A stretch of DNA of 63,668 nucleotides, counting the filler, from Lenisia limosa (Eukaryota > Protista > Breviatea), in NCBI GenBank assembly GCA_001655205.1. It is 8 parts of 8 records of this genome, joined end to end, with 100 filler letters (N's around TTAATTAATTAA, not from the genome) between each part and the next. Parts side by side here need not be neighbours in the genome. Positions count along the whole stretch, not along the records: positions 1 to 29,645 come from LPNZ01010644.1; 7 more parts are not named here. One strand, 5' to 3'. The translations under genes were made by a program, and so were the position numbers. Positions 13,101 to 25,900 of the stretch are shown piece after piece; position 1 is the stretch's first letter, and each line of letters begins with the position of its first letter. Below the pieces are notes generated by a model that was given only the letters and a program-made list of their open reading frames with translations, did no database searches and had not been told where the DNA came from.

Positions 13101-16100
13101 AGTGGAGATACTCATATCATCTAGGAAGCCCCATGACAAACTTGGGCATCTTGTCAAACGACGCAAAGATGGCGCGAGCGCAATCTCTGACCAGGTCCTT
13201 CAACTGCGGCCAATTGGCGTCAGCGTCACTCTGGCCATTGTCCAGACGAGTGGGGTCAACCTGGCGGTCAGATATTGAGTGCGACGACAGCAAGGATTAG
13301 TACCAAGAAGAGAGAAAGTACACCAGAAACGTCAGTCTTACCTCGTAGCCGGTTGGTTTGTCCATAATGCGAGTGATTATCGGCTTTAGTGTATCCTGTA
13401 GAGGAGTAAGAAAGCGAAAGGTGGATACTCCATCTTCAAGAACTGCCTCTTGTAAATACAAAGTCAATAAAGTTGACCACTAAAACACTCTAAATGCCCC
13501 CTCCCCCCCATAGCGGTACAAAACCAATGCTTACTTCAAGGTATTGTTGTCCGGTGAGTTTCATGAGGAAGTCAAGTCCCTTAGTCACCACTGAGTTGCC
13601 GCGGAAAAGGGTTTGTTGTGAAACTGAACAAGCATTAGTGCATGTCACAAAAGACAAGCTGAAGAAAACAACAGATTTACCCCTCTTACGTGTGTTCATG
13701 ATCTCTTCATTGCACATGGGGATGAGCATTTCCTCCAAACAGTTCATTCCGTATCCAATAGACACCAATAGCCGCGCAACTTCCACTCGTTCCTATAGCG
13801 TGAACGCTATCGCCATCAATATCTCAAATACAGCAGTTGTTCATAAAATTACTAAATAAAGAGCTAAGAAATGACCAAAGAGTTAAGAACGCTATATCCG
13901 AAGCGACAGTATTTCGTCCCAATGCCTACAGCTTCTCTGGTGTTGAGGAAGTCAATTAGTTTGCGGTCTTTGTCTATAAGCATTTTCTGGTCGAGGTGAG
14001 ATGGATCTGAAAAAAAGGAAGAAAAAAAAGCTGTATTCGGCTGAAACAGTCAACACCATACGTTTATCAGGGATACTGATTACAAATGGATATTTCCGCA
14101 ATTAATCTAGAAAGAAGAAATAGAATTAGGCTTCACCAAGGGTCTAATAAAAGGCTCAACAAGGTTACTCTCGAAATGCGTTTACCAAAAACGAACCTGG
14201 AGAGGACTGTAGTACTCAAGAGGCATAACAGGCTCCATCTAAAAAGTAAGAATCAAGTAATGCTCCGGCTTGAGCGAAAGAACTCGAGCCCCCCCCCCCC
14301 NNNNNNNNNNNNNNNNNNNNNNNNNNNNNNNNNNNNNNNNNNNNNNNNNNNNNNNNNNNNNNNNNNNNNNNNNNNNNNNNNNNNNNNNNNNNNNNNNNNN
14401 NAGTTCGGGGTCGAGAGCATAAGATGCCATTGGGATCTCTAGAGGACTTAAAACACAGTAAGGGAATGGGGAACGATTGGATGAAGCAATTGGGAAATGG
14501 GACTAGTTGTACAAGAAGCTCATCATCGGAGGTGCCAGGCCAACGTACCGACAAGGAGGGCTTGGTACTCGGCAAGGTCCGTGAAGTCAACCTGTGCTCT
14601 TGAGACGACTTTGCCGTCCTCTTGAATGAACATGTCGAGAGACGGTTTGGTGAAGGATGTGAGAGGGCTGAAGGGTCAAAAATAATTGCAATAGCACCAT
14701 GCTTTGAAGAGCGTAATGTCCTCTTACAATCTGGAGTCTGCGGATGGGAATGTGGGGTTGGTGGTGGACTTGTTGACGGAAGGTGTGCTGTTTCGGGTGT
14801 CTCCCAGGGCGAAATCGACTTGGACGGTGCCGTCTAATGATTACAAAGGCTTCATGTGCCATCATAGCAAATCCTTTTGGCTCTCCCCCTCCCAAGGATA
14901 TTCTCTTTCAGCTAAACCCCAAACTACTTTTCTTGTCATTGGTGGTCTTGAAGTTGATGATGTCACGAACTAGAAACAGTGAAAACCGAGAGAAAGGGAT
15001 GTTGATAGTCCATAATAAAATGTCCTTCGTTGTACAGTTTCGATGGCTGAGAAAGGAATACAGGAATATCAAATTCGGCTGAAGAAGTCAAAACACTACC
15101 TTTAACAGTCAGGCTGCCGGGAATGTCTCCAGTAGGCTTCACCTTGCGTACCTACATAGTTACCCTCGGCTCTTTAGAAGGGGTAGCAATTGCTTCGGCC
15201 CACAACATTTCTCATTTCTCATTTATCAATATCAGCATTCACAAGTTTGAGTCTCACTTCGAGTCTGACGATACCTCCGGGCATGCCAGAAAAGAGGGGA
15301 GGTGGCTGCAAGGGGGCCCACCACTCGTCTTTCGGTGTACGCTGAATAAGTTAGCTGCGTACATAGAGGATCTGTTCACTCATGAGATATAAGGCACCTT
15401 TTGAACCTATGATTATAAATTATTATGTATGTCACAGTACAAAATATATGATGGAACCGGAGAGTTGCCAACCATATCCTTCTTTGCAATGACCATGAGC
15501 GCAATGGGATACTCGTGCGGCATGTGTCGGAGTGACGTGTCCCAAACAACAAGACGGAGCTTCTCGTACCCTTGTCTAAAAGGCGTGATGAAGTGCTAAT
15601 AACAATTTGTCCGCCTTTTCCATCAACAGCTGCGCGCATTCCACATTTCCCACCCCAACACATTAACCCTGAGAGAAAACCATTCCTTTGTGCCAATCAT
15701 CCGAGTTCTTAAGCTCTCATCACTCCAAGCTCACGTATCAATAACTACGTCGTGTCCGTAAATCGGTTCACAGCTAGCAGAGGCCACTGAAGTTCTCTCA
15801 ACAGCCTGAAACAATTAAAAAGAGACTCCTGCCAAGAGATGATTAACAACCTAATCCAGTCCTCAAACCTGGCCATCAACTTCTACGGTGACCACAGTAT
15901 CCGGCGGCGTGTCTTTGTCACTTGGAATACAGCCCGGTGCGGCCGCAATGAGATCACGTGCAGCCGCCAGCTTGAGACGAATCGTCCCTGCATGCCGGAC
16001 CTTGGCTACAGGAGTTACCAACGTTTTTGAATAACAACCCCTTCCAAACGTAATCACGATAACTAAGAAGGAATGCAAAAATTGCCTCTGCTTACGTGGG

Positions 16101-16944
16101 GGCAAAGCATCAATCTCAGCCGTAACCGAATTATCTGTGTCACTCTGGAGCTAGAAAGAAAGTAAAAAAATGAGAAATACAAAAGTGAGTAGTGTAATTA
16201 TTACTTGTTTTAAGCTCATTGGGTACAGTTTCTTTGAGGTCGATAATCACCATTACACCAAGTCCTCACTCACCTTCTCGATGATCATCATTATCGAACT
16301 CCAGTGGGAAGAGGCATTTGTGAGCGCTGTTTTCAGCTGCAAGATGAAAAAAAAAAAAACAGTGAATCGGACTTCGGAATGCACATGTACAAGCGGTGGA
16401 GTAATAAGGCCTGGACGGACCTTTTCTCGGACATTATCTTGGGTTTCAGGGTCCTTGATTACGTCTGACACGAGGTTCAAGAGGGCAGCACCTTGGTTCT
16501 GAACATATTAGCCAATAACGGCGATTCAGAGAGACTGTCCACTCCTTTCCAACCTTGGTGGCTTCGGCAACCTCGGGTGACGCCATTCTCTGATAGTTTC
16601 GGGTAAGGTCGCGGTTGAACCTGTCGCATGCCGGCTAAATACGTCATTGCAATTCCTCCTTAATACGCCGCAAAATCTCATATCCACTCAAATGATGAAA
16701 AAGATATATGAGTGAACCCGAGTGTATATGTATAAGAGTTCACACATGTGAAAATGAGCGAAAAAGTGATATGCTGACAGCCAATGACGAACCTTGATAC
16801 GGGCCGGACCAGAGGGGGTGCCTTCGTGAAGGGCATTCAGAGCTGAAGCGTGAACAAAGATGCTGACCAAGCCACAACCAAGACACCCCACAAACACGAC
16901 ATTCTCTTGATGGCGTTGTGCGTTGACGTGATGCTTGTTGTCAT
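10192..16944 (-). CDS. GAP1-family-like Ras GTPase-activating protein (helical N-terminus, C2-C2-RasGAP-PH), multi-exon
   Basis: C2A: TIRLKLAAARDL...EKLRLVVWD. C2B: VQVDFALGDTRNSTPSVNKSTTNPTF. RasGAP signatures: TLFRGNSVVTKGLDFLMK, VDPTRL, FFGAAILGPKLF, RTLTLLSKSIQNLAN. C-terminal PLC/ELMO-type PH: LLKDGMVLTKVNSGSRKPRHVWVHF...IAIDDVVRVASG. Ends PFTTSKA* at 10192. Several N gaps lie inside. Confidence 0.85.
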
Positions 16945-17193
16945 CCGTCGGCCGTAGGTAAGTAAAAGCGTGGCAAGGTCCTCACGCCCTGAGACATTAG
17001 TTATCATGACTGTCGAGTGAAAACTACATCACACATAAAAGCAGTATTATAAGTGCCTGTCAAGTTGAAAGCAGTTTGAAAGAACATCGTTCACAAGGAC
17101 AGGCATCAGAAATGTGAGGACAAATAGGGAATGCTGGCGAGAACAATGGCAAAAAAATACCAAACCAACCGGCAGGAAGCTCATCATCGTTAA

Positions 17194-17738
17194 TCATAGG
17201 AGATACAGAGCCCTAAAGAAGGTTAAGAAGCAAAAGAAAGCGGGTGGGCGAACTGAGGCGAAACCCTCCTCAAGAGGAGGCATGAGTGAATTCTCCGCTA
17301 TTTTGAGAGCAGATGAAGGAACCTCCTCGGGCTTTGCAGACTCGCTGGCCTCACTTGCTGACTCAGAGTTCATGTTGAAGTCCTCATCGAGTTTCTCGAG
17401 CATAGAATCCAAAAAACCATCACCAACACCTTGATGGTGCATGTCCGACTGTGAATCCGGCTGAGCCATCTTCTGAAATCTGAATACAGGAAAACTACCA
17501 GACAACCCCCGTCTTTTCCACTCACTAGCTCCTGCTAACTGGTTCCAATCTGTCACTTATTGCCTCTTACAACTGGTTTCACGGTGCAAATCTTCTCTCG
17601 AATTTTTTCCATATATGTTGTACCATTACCTATACTTTTATATGCCTTTGCGGTTGACGCTAACAGGACAACAAGCACAAAAGCGACCGACAGCCCTAGT
17701 GCCAGAGAAGAAGAGTGACTAATCCTTCCGCTCATCAC
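17194..17738 (-). CDS. Small hypothetical membrane/secreted protein, 2 exons
   Basis: ORF 17553-17738 (hydrophobic LALGLSVAFVLVVLLA) splices in phase 0 (KPV|KMAQ) to an acidic, Ser-rich exon ending in the hydrophobic tail AFFCFLTFFRALYLL*. No family recognised. Confidence 0.45.
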
Positions 17739-17781
17739 TCATCACTTTTTCTTCCAGCCAGACCCAAGCTGTCCTCTGAAG

Positions 17782-19469
17782 ATGGCAACTTTGTTCTTTC
17801 TTCTTCTCAGTCTCCTGTCCATACTGGTGAATCCATGCTCTGGGTACCTTGAAGCGACACCCGAAGGCACAAGAATCTCAGCAAGTCACATCGACACATC
17901 ATCTTTTTCTGCAGACAATGTGGTTATCAATCATCTTAATTTCTCCGATGGTTCTTCAAGTGAGAGATTGTGTTGGTAATAAGTGTTTATCAATTATCAA
18001 CCCCATAATTATGATATGTATGTGACTACCAGTGTAACTCTCCAGTGACAACTCGAGGTGTGACTTCCGATGAGCTTTCTGCTGTACAAAGTAAGCCATC
18101 TCATACTTGCACAATTGCAAGTTGAGAACTTTTGATCACCATCAGGTCAACTTAGCATCCCGGTGCGAGCCAAGAAGTCTATGACGCTGATGGATGGCCT
18201 CTCTGATTGGACCTTGGTCGGCAACGCTGCCTGCACCATCACTGTCAATGACACCGTTAGTGGTGTAATATGGCTTGGGGCACCTTGGAAATTCATGACA
18301 GGATCATGGGATAGTAGTATGAAGGGATTCCTTGAGATAGTATGTTTTTTTTTGTTGTTGTTGATATATCTAATTGACCCAGGTTGCCTATGGCGCCACC
18401 AAAAGGGGCCCGATTGGTATGCGTTATTATGTATGGTCATACCCAGGATGATTGTTGTAAGGAACTCATAACAGCTTATCTTTTGTATTGTTATTTTTTT
18501 TACCATTCAGCTACTGAACTTCTTGACTTCCTGAAAAGACAAGAGCAGTACATCTTCACTGATTTTAAGGTGTGTGGCTGACAGTTTGGCCCGCAACACG
18601 ACTGGAAGTTGATTTTTGTAGATTTGGCATATCGTGTGCGATCGTCTAGCAGGAAAGACATTTTTCCACATGGGGCCACAGACAAGGGTATTCGGGCTAT
18701 CATCAATGCCACGCTTCTAGTAGTGACCTTATCTCAGTCAAGTATAGTCTTGTAGCTTACTATGCAGATTCCCTACTTCAATCAAGGTACAGTAACGTTT
18801 GGCTATGTTGCTAAAGTCATTAGCTCTGATCTCAACTTTGTAAATGGTTGGTGTTGGGTTGGTGTTTTATTCTATTTATTGTGTGTTTTATACCAACGAC
18901 TCTCTGTGTGATAGTGCATATTAGATGAAACTATCATGCTTAATCATCATAAGGTACTCACTCACCCGTCATGGAAAGTTGTAAAGGATAGAGGGGAAAT
19001 GATTCAGCTTTATACTCCATATCGATATACTAGTAATACATACACATTTCGACAAGTAGCAACCATTTTTAGTTTCTCATCCCATGTCTTTTTAATCTTG
19101 ACTCTGTCATGTAAATGGTCTTAGTGAAATATAATTATGACTTAGGTCCATTATCCTCGGTTACTGAACTAAACAAATGGACTGTCGCTACCTCAAAGTA
19201 CAAAGGCGGAGGAAGAGGATACAGCTACCCTGCATCACATAACTACATTGATACTCATGTAGGCGGAGTCCTCTTCTCCCCTCTTCCTTTGTGACGTTTG
19301 GACATTTATCTCATTACATGCTAACCATTGCAGGTGGAGTACTACTTTGCACTTCCTGCACTGGTGTATGCTGATGTTGATGTTTCTGACCCACTTAATT
19401 GGTGAGTAGTTTGTTTAAAACCATTTTACCCAGTTTAGGTGGTTTTTCCCTGTTGCTGAGTTTTATTAA
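17782..19469 (+). CDS. Secreted hypothetical protein with a C-terminal domain resembling phage tail-fibre-associated domains, about 9 exons
   Basis: Signal peptide MATLFFLLLSLLSILVNPCSG. Phase-compatible GT-AG exons give FKIWHIVCDR...IPYFNQGTVTFGYVAKVISS...ELNKWTVATSKYKGGGRGYSYPASHNYIDTHVEYYFALPALVYADVDVSDPLNWWFFPVAEFY* (TAA 19467-19469). The gene is well supported; the domain assignment is from memory. Confidence 0.7.
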
Positions 19470-20102
19470 ATGTGCCTTTTGTCGTATGTATTTTATATTC
19501 ACTATGTGATATATAGTCTAGATATTCTTCATTCATAGTAGGACTCTGTGCGATTAATTGTAATTAAAATAATACAGTTTTTTTTGATATAAACAAAAAT
19601 GGGCTTGCATAAAAAAAAAGGGGGGGTGGCTCTTTAAAAAAACGTCTGTAGTTACAAATCTTGTCCAGTTTTATTCATAGAAATGCCACACTCACTCAGG
19701 GGTTCCTCTTAGATATATGAGACACAGGTGGAATCGGAGTGCACTTTTATCACTTTTTATAATTACAGACGCAAAAAATATTGTCACCCCCAGTAAAAAA
19801 ATTATTTCGATTTAGAAAATTCCAGAAAATCCTTGACATATATTTAATTGTGACTTTTTTTTGAAAAGAAGAAAATGAAAAATGTAAATTGCAATTATTT
19901 TATAGTCTAATAACATTTCAAAATTAGCTTAATGACAATTAATTGCGCAGAGTCTTAATTAGTGTGCAAAGAGTGACACCAATAATCAATGTGAGTCAAT
20001 TTAAAGAATACACTGCACACATAGTTTAGCGGGCCCTCACAATCGTGGTGTACTAGAGATATTAAATTACAAAGCAACCCACTTTTTCTCTCATTCTATT
20101 GG

Positions 20103-22867
20103 TCAGAAGTCTAGAATCAACCTGCTCAACTGTAGCTTTAATAGTGGACTTTGTTGGAGTATTAAACGCATCTGGGGGGTCAAAAAGCCAGTATTATTTC
20201 CATTGAGTTTTTGCATTATAAGGCGCTTCAAATAATTGCTTAACGCTTTATGGCGAAAGTGATTCCAATGTAGCACCTCAACATAGAAAAAGATAGAATT
20301 TCTCAATAATCATCAGTTTATGATTATACTATTACCGATCTTTATCAACTGGGTCGAAGTCCTAAGCATATCATATGATATATACATTTACTTTCAATGG
20401 AGTGTGCTTAAAAATAACCTCCTCCAACTGAACTGAAAGCCTCGGGCAAGGATTCCAAATGAAGGGTTCATCTTGCGAGCTTCAACTTTAGTACTTCCGA
20501 GTACGAGAGTGATGAGCCGAAGACAGGAGTCGAAGATGTTGAACGTGAGGTAGTGCGTGTTCATACGTTCTGCCAAGATGAGATGAAGCCATTTCATTAA
20601 TATCAGTTTCAATATCAAGCTAGCAGCAATACCCGCCCACGCCCAAGAGTGTAGAGGTTCCATAAGGCCCCAAGGCCGAAGTACAGGGTGTCAATGTCGT
20701 TTGACTGGGGAAGGCGGTGAATAGAATTGAGAAATACTGCTTTAAGAACACGTTGTGTGTGTGTGGGGGGGGGGGGGGGNNNNNNNNNNNNNNNNNNNNN
20801 NNNNNNNNNNNNNNNNNNNNNNNNNNNNNNNNNNNNNNNNNNNNNNNNNNNNNNNNNNNNNNNNNNNNNNNNNNAGGTAACTGATCGCTCAATCATAATT
20901 CAGCATTATCTTATGTAAATTACTTTTCTCATTTGCTACATTGACCAACCGTAGATAAAATTGGGGCAATGATGGCGATGAAATTAGTTCCAAGAAGACT
21001 GTTCTTGAAGGTGGCTTAACAAATTAGGAGATAACACAGCTAAGACAAGACAAATTGCCTATTGTTGAATACCATCATCGGCAAGGTTCCAAATAAAGTC
21101 TGCAACCGCAGGGAAGAGTTGTGAAGGACAGTTCTCAAGCTGTGAGATTGCAATGCTATGTGCTCCAGCTTTTACAGCCCTTTGAACACCCTCCGGATCT
21201 TCTGGGATTAAAAGGCAAAACAACAGTATTTTTAGCACTACAACGCTTACATTTTGTGACTAAATTCCTCAGAAGTTTGTACGCTTTGAGATGACATTGC
21301 ACCTAAAGAACCAGCCAGGTTACTCAACAGAGAAAAAGGCAGTTACTTACATTGTTGTCAATAATTGGATGTTTAAGGATAGGAACAATCTAAATAGTCA
21401 AAAAGTAAAAGTTACACACCTTTTCAATGTAGTCCTTTTGTACCAGTTTTCTGAGGCCAAGGTAGCCTAAAAGATGAGGACAAACTCTGTTGGAGCCGAA
21501 GTTTTTTCCAGGGAAATACTGCTGGTAGATATTCATAGCAGTTGATAAAAAATAAAACGCAAACTATTCTCCATTTTTCGCTGGTGTGTTTTTTTTATCT
21601 TAAATCAAAATCACAACGAAAGCTCAGCATTAAGCGTAAAACACACACTTGAGATCCCCTCAGTGGCTTCATCTATGATCTTCTTGTTGACTTCTTGCGT
21701 TTTCAAGTACTCCTGTTTTTGTACCTCAGGCATTCCTTGCAGGGTTATAGACAAAAAAAAAAGCACATATCCACGTTGTTATTCACAAATATCTTGTGAA
21801 TACAGTACCCTTGATTCTAGATAGATACAGTACCAGATAGTAGCTTGATTCTAGTTTTTTTTTTTTTCATATAGAATATCCACAGTATGAAAAAAGGAGT
21901 GACAATGATGTGCCTCCCCCCTCTAGCTCCCATTAAAATTATTCATACCTGTTGTCTGGTCACCTTCAGGGCTATTTTGAGGGTTTTTGGATTCGATGAT
22001 TTCGTTGAGAAAAGGCTACAAAGTTACAACAGAGAAGAAGGGAGGAAAAACAAAATGAGGTAACCATTTGTCAGTACAGTTTAGCAAAGTTTGAGAAAAG
22101 TTTGGAAACAAAAAAAAAAGTGATTCATTTTTGAGCAATACTGGACCGGGAATTGTTGACCAACTTTGACGTAATCAGTTACGCGTTTTTTACAGAAGGG
22201 ACATGGTTTCTTTTGGTTCTTTCTGGCACTAAACGATGATGTTCAAAGATTCAGGTTTTTCAGTTTTCCTGAACTCATCTTTTAGGCACCTCAAAAGTTC
22301 ATCTTCAACCAGTACCAACTCACCAAGCTGTGCACAAACCGTGAGCACAGGGCAGCAAAATGGCGGGGTGCTCCTATGGTAATAAAATCATGACAGAAAT
22401 CCAAAAACAAGAGAGCCACACACCTCATCCATTCTTTCAAGACTGTAATTGATAGCACAGATCGTGCACTCGCCAAGAGTGTAGAGTTCTACAGCATCAG
22501 AGGATTCAAACGCATTACATTAGTCTTCTCACTTTGTTCATCCTCGACTTGAATTCTGCCGCTGGGGTGGGACGGTTCATTGTAAATCTACACCATCATT
22601 TCAGGGAATAATCACTTTTCTTCACACAGCATTAATAAACCCCCACACCTTTGGTTCAGCAAAACTGGGACCATTTTTTCTGGGGATTTTTGGAAATGAA
22701 GTGTCACTCATGGCTGGTTGTAAGGGCTTAGAGGAAACTGTTTGCCTGAAGGGTGGCACGGGAAGCAACTTCGGAGGAATTATGCTGGGTGCGTACCGGG
22801 ATCGTTTTTTTGACCAAATGATTGCAGGCATTTTTGCATTTGTATTTATCACTGGTTTATACCTCAT
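20103..22867 (-). CDS. RING-HC (C3HC4) plus armadillo-like repeat protein, putative E3 ligase, multi-exon
   Basis: The spliced RING reads ECTIC...PCAHGLCTAC|ARKNQKKPCPFC (about 22190-22500). It joins in phase (TT G|MPEVQ) to ARM-like exons LFPAVADFIWNLADD and SNDIDTLYFGLGALWNL. Start is 22831 or 22867; the last exon is tentative. Confidence 0.7.
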
Positions 22868-22958
22868 TCATAGGTGCAATTTGTTTTGTGAGTGTATTTG
22901 TCGTTTTCGCGTATTTGTTTGTTTTTGTTTCAAGCAAGTTTCAACAATATTTTTATAT

Positions 22959-25900
22959 TTATGCAATGCAGAAATGCACCATGCTCCTGAGCACAACTGT
23001 CCCTGACTCTGATAGTTCTGTAGCCTCACTCCAGGACTTTTGATGAAAGACCAAAACGTTAATATTATTGTATACAGTGGCCTGAAATCCTGACAGCACC
23101 ATGTAAATCATCAACTGAAATAAAAAAAAAGAACTAACAAAAGAATACATAGGAAAACCTAAAACAGAAAGACAACTTAACCCAAAATAGACCAATACCA
23201 TGGAAGTGGAGTCACCCAAAGCGAAGGGAACGCCCCCCTCCATCAGCTTCTATGAAGTAAACAAATACCAAGGCCGAAAATAATACCTGATATGCCCGAA
23301 CAATCATCTTGTCTGTGCTGCTGCCATTCAAACCTTGATTACCTTCATTTGTCTCTGCAAAACTCGGACGCACTCGGATTTGCTTTCGGGCTAAATGGTC
23401 ATGGCAAAGACTTGGCTTATTATGATGAATATCAACACTCAGCTACCATAAAGAGACCTCAGTGAGGTTTATTCCATTCCTTTGAAGAAGCAAAAGCCCC
23501 CCCCCCCTCTATCCTGATAGATTCACCAATACTTGAGACCAACTTTTCATTGCAGAGCGCACTGGCTGGTGGGAGACTGACACGTGGGAGCGAACTGAAC
23601 TGTTACTGAAAACACGATTTCTAGCTGGAGTACCTGGATATCAGAGATAACCAAGAGAGAAAAGGAACCATAAAAATAATCCTGTATTTTTGCGAGGATT
23701 GTCTTAGGTATGATATGATTTTGTTTCTGATATTTTGCATATTCTCCAAACCTGGGGTGACGGGGGACTTCTGTTTTGGGGACAGAGGAGCCTGATACTC
23801 TGGGGTAGCTTGTAGTGCTACACAGTCTGGGTGGTCTAATCAAATTACCAGGGCAATGAGTGAGCTAAGTCCAATGATAACAGGATGATAAGAGTGATGA
23901 GAGATCAAATGAAATGATATGGACAGTACCTGATGGGTTCCGTTGTAAGTAGTCAATGAAGAGCGATTCTTTTCTATTGGCTCGGAGATGCTTGACAATA
24001 GTTTTCACCTATTGATCAAAGAAGTGTTTTGCTGCAAACCTCATTACTTGAAACAAAGTGACTAAATGTGGCATCCAAACTGTCCCATTTTTCAGCAACC
24101 ACAAGAGAAGCCGGGAAGTTACCAATTTGGTAGTAAATGGATAATAGTTGTTGGTACTGCATTGTATCTTCCATCATGCTTCCGGCAATGGTCCTATTAG
24201 AATGAAATAAAGAATCCTCATGCTGTATGTTTGATATTCTCCACAAACATACTCAGTAAGCATTTGTGCAGAGATCTTTTTGTTTGTCTTCAGGGATCGT
24301 TTGACAATATAAAGTGCCATATTGCGCACTGTCTCAGCCCTTTGGGGTAACAGTTTCAAAACCCAATTTTGTTTTAACCTTAGACTTACTTGAAACAAGC
24401 AGAAAGCCTCTTATTAATGCAGTTGAAATACTGTTCGAACTTAGCGTCGACAGAGAGTTCCAAAAGAGTGATGCTTTGGGACGATACCGCGTTTAAGGAG
24501 TCCATGAGGTTGACATAGCAAGTCGAAACTGTTGTGGGTGTTGAAGGTAGATCTAAAGTGTCAATGTAAAAACAAAAGTTTTAACGCACATTTTTTGAGA
24601 AGGTTAAGGATGAAGTGAAGAAATACGACTTTGGTCATGATCCTGCTGAAATGCAGAATTTGAACGTTTTTGATTGACTTGCTGCTGCCACACTGCATGA
24701 GCACCCTAATGTTCACAGAAGGCACTACACCCATTAGGAAATCGGAGCTGGTACAATTGAATAAATAATAATAAATGGATGACCACATATCATATTAGAC
24801 TGATTTGAGAAGTCTAATCAGCGGCTTACACAGTATTTCTTCACTTTTTTTTTTAAAAAAATGACATTATTCTTACATGTTGAGATAACTTCAACGTCTG
24901 TTGAGTCTAAAATGTTCAGAATTGTTCTTGCAAAGAAGACTGAGCAAAGAAGTTGTAATAATATGGTATATAAACGATAATAAATACCATAACCTGATCT
25001 ATCATACCAAATCTGTCTCTTTCAAAGAAGTCATAGAAGTCTTCAATTTCTTCATGATCCGGTACAAAGCAAACAAGATCAAAGATCAAAGTTGAGAGTC
25101 CTGCTATCTGGCTGAGGCCACTATTGGCTTGGACAAGGCATTGCTGATCACTTTCCGGAAGAGTGATGCGGTCACAGAAGATCGGCCACACCTTCTGCCA
25201 TCCATCTTCATCGTTAGATGATGACAAAAAGGACAATAGCATGAAAATTGTAAGTTGAGAAAACAAAACCCTGACATACAAATGTGATGCTTGATGTATC
25301 GGAATTCAAGAGATTTTTTGACTGCCAAATGCTCGTCAATGGTGTCCTATTGATATAAGGATCATATGGCAATGGTACCAGCCGTGTTTGTGCCTGTGTG
25401 TGTGTGTGTGTTACTTTCTAACAATGAAGAACCGCCAAGCTTACGATTTGCATTATGCTCTCTACCCAGTCCTGGACAACAGTGAAGCAGAGAGACGATT
25501 GGTACAAAAGTGAAGTGAGAACGTTCGGTCCCAAAAGGTGATCAATGACGTCTTGGCTCAGAGAGTCCCCAGAAGCTAAAACGATAAATAAACTTGATGC
25601 TTTTTATGGTTACCGAGGAAAGAGAGACCGAATGCAATCAGAGTGGAAAGCAATGATGGGAAACGATCTTCACAAGGCTCTTCATTGGGACTATCCTGAT
25701 TGACTTGCTCAAGAGAAAGGTTCAAGATAGCATCGGAAGCTATGAGCGAACTGGACTGTTGATAACTTCCGAACGAAAGCCTACAGCAGGTGCTAATCAA
25801 TGATAAGAAAGAGCTACTTTCAAAAAAGCTTACCCGATTATCGGCGCACTGAAGAGGAGATCAACAGACAATGAGTCGGGTGATAAGGTGTTGTGTGGAA

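Noticed and set aside
20394-20663. Hydrophobic ORF suggestive of an EXS or other multi-pass membrane domain
   Set aside because: The hydrophobic N-terminal part is intron read-through. The spliced exons give ARM-like repeats.
22701-23006. Plus-strand ORF resembling an ABC-permease-like membrane segment (GGTGSNFGGIMLGAY)
   Set aside because: It is the antisense shadow of the minus-strand RING-gene first exon, whose downstream splicing gives a complete C3HC4 finger.
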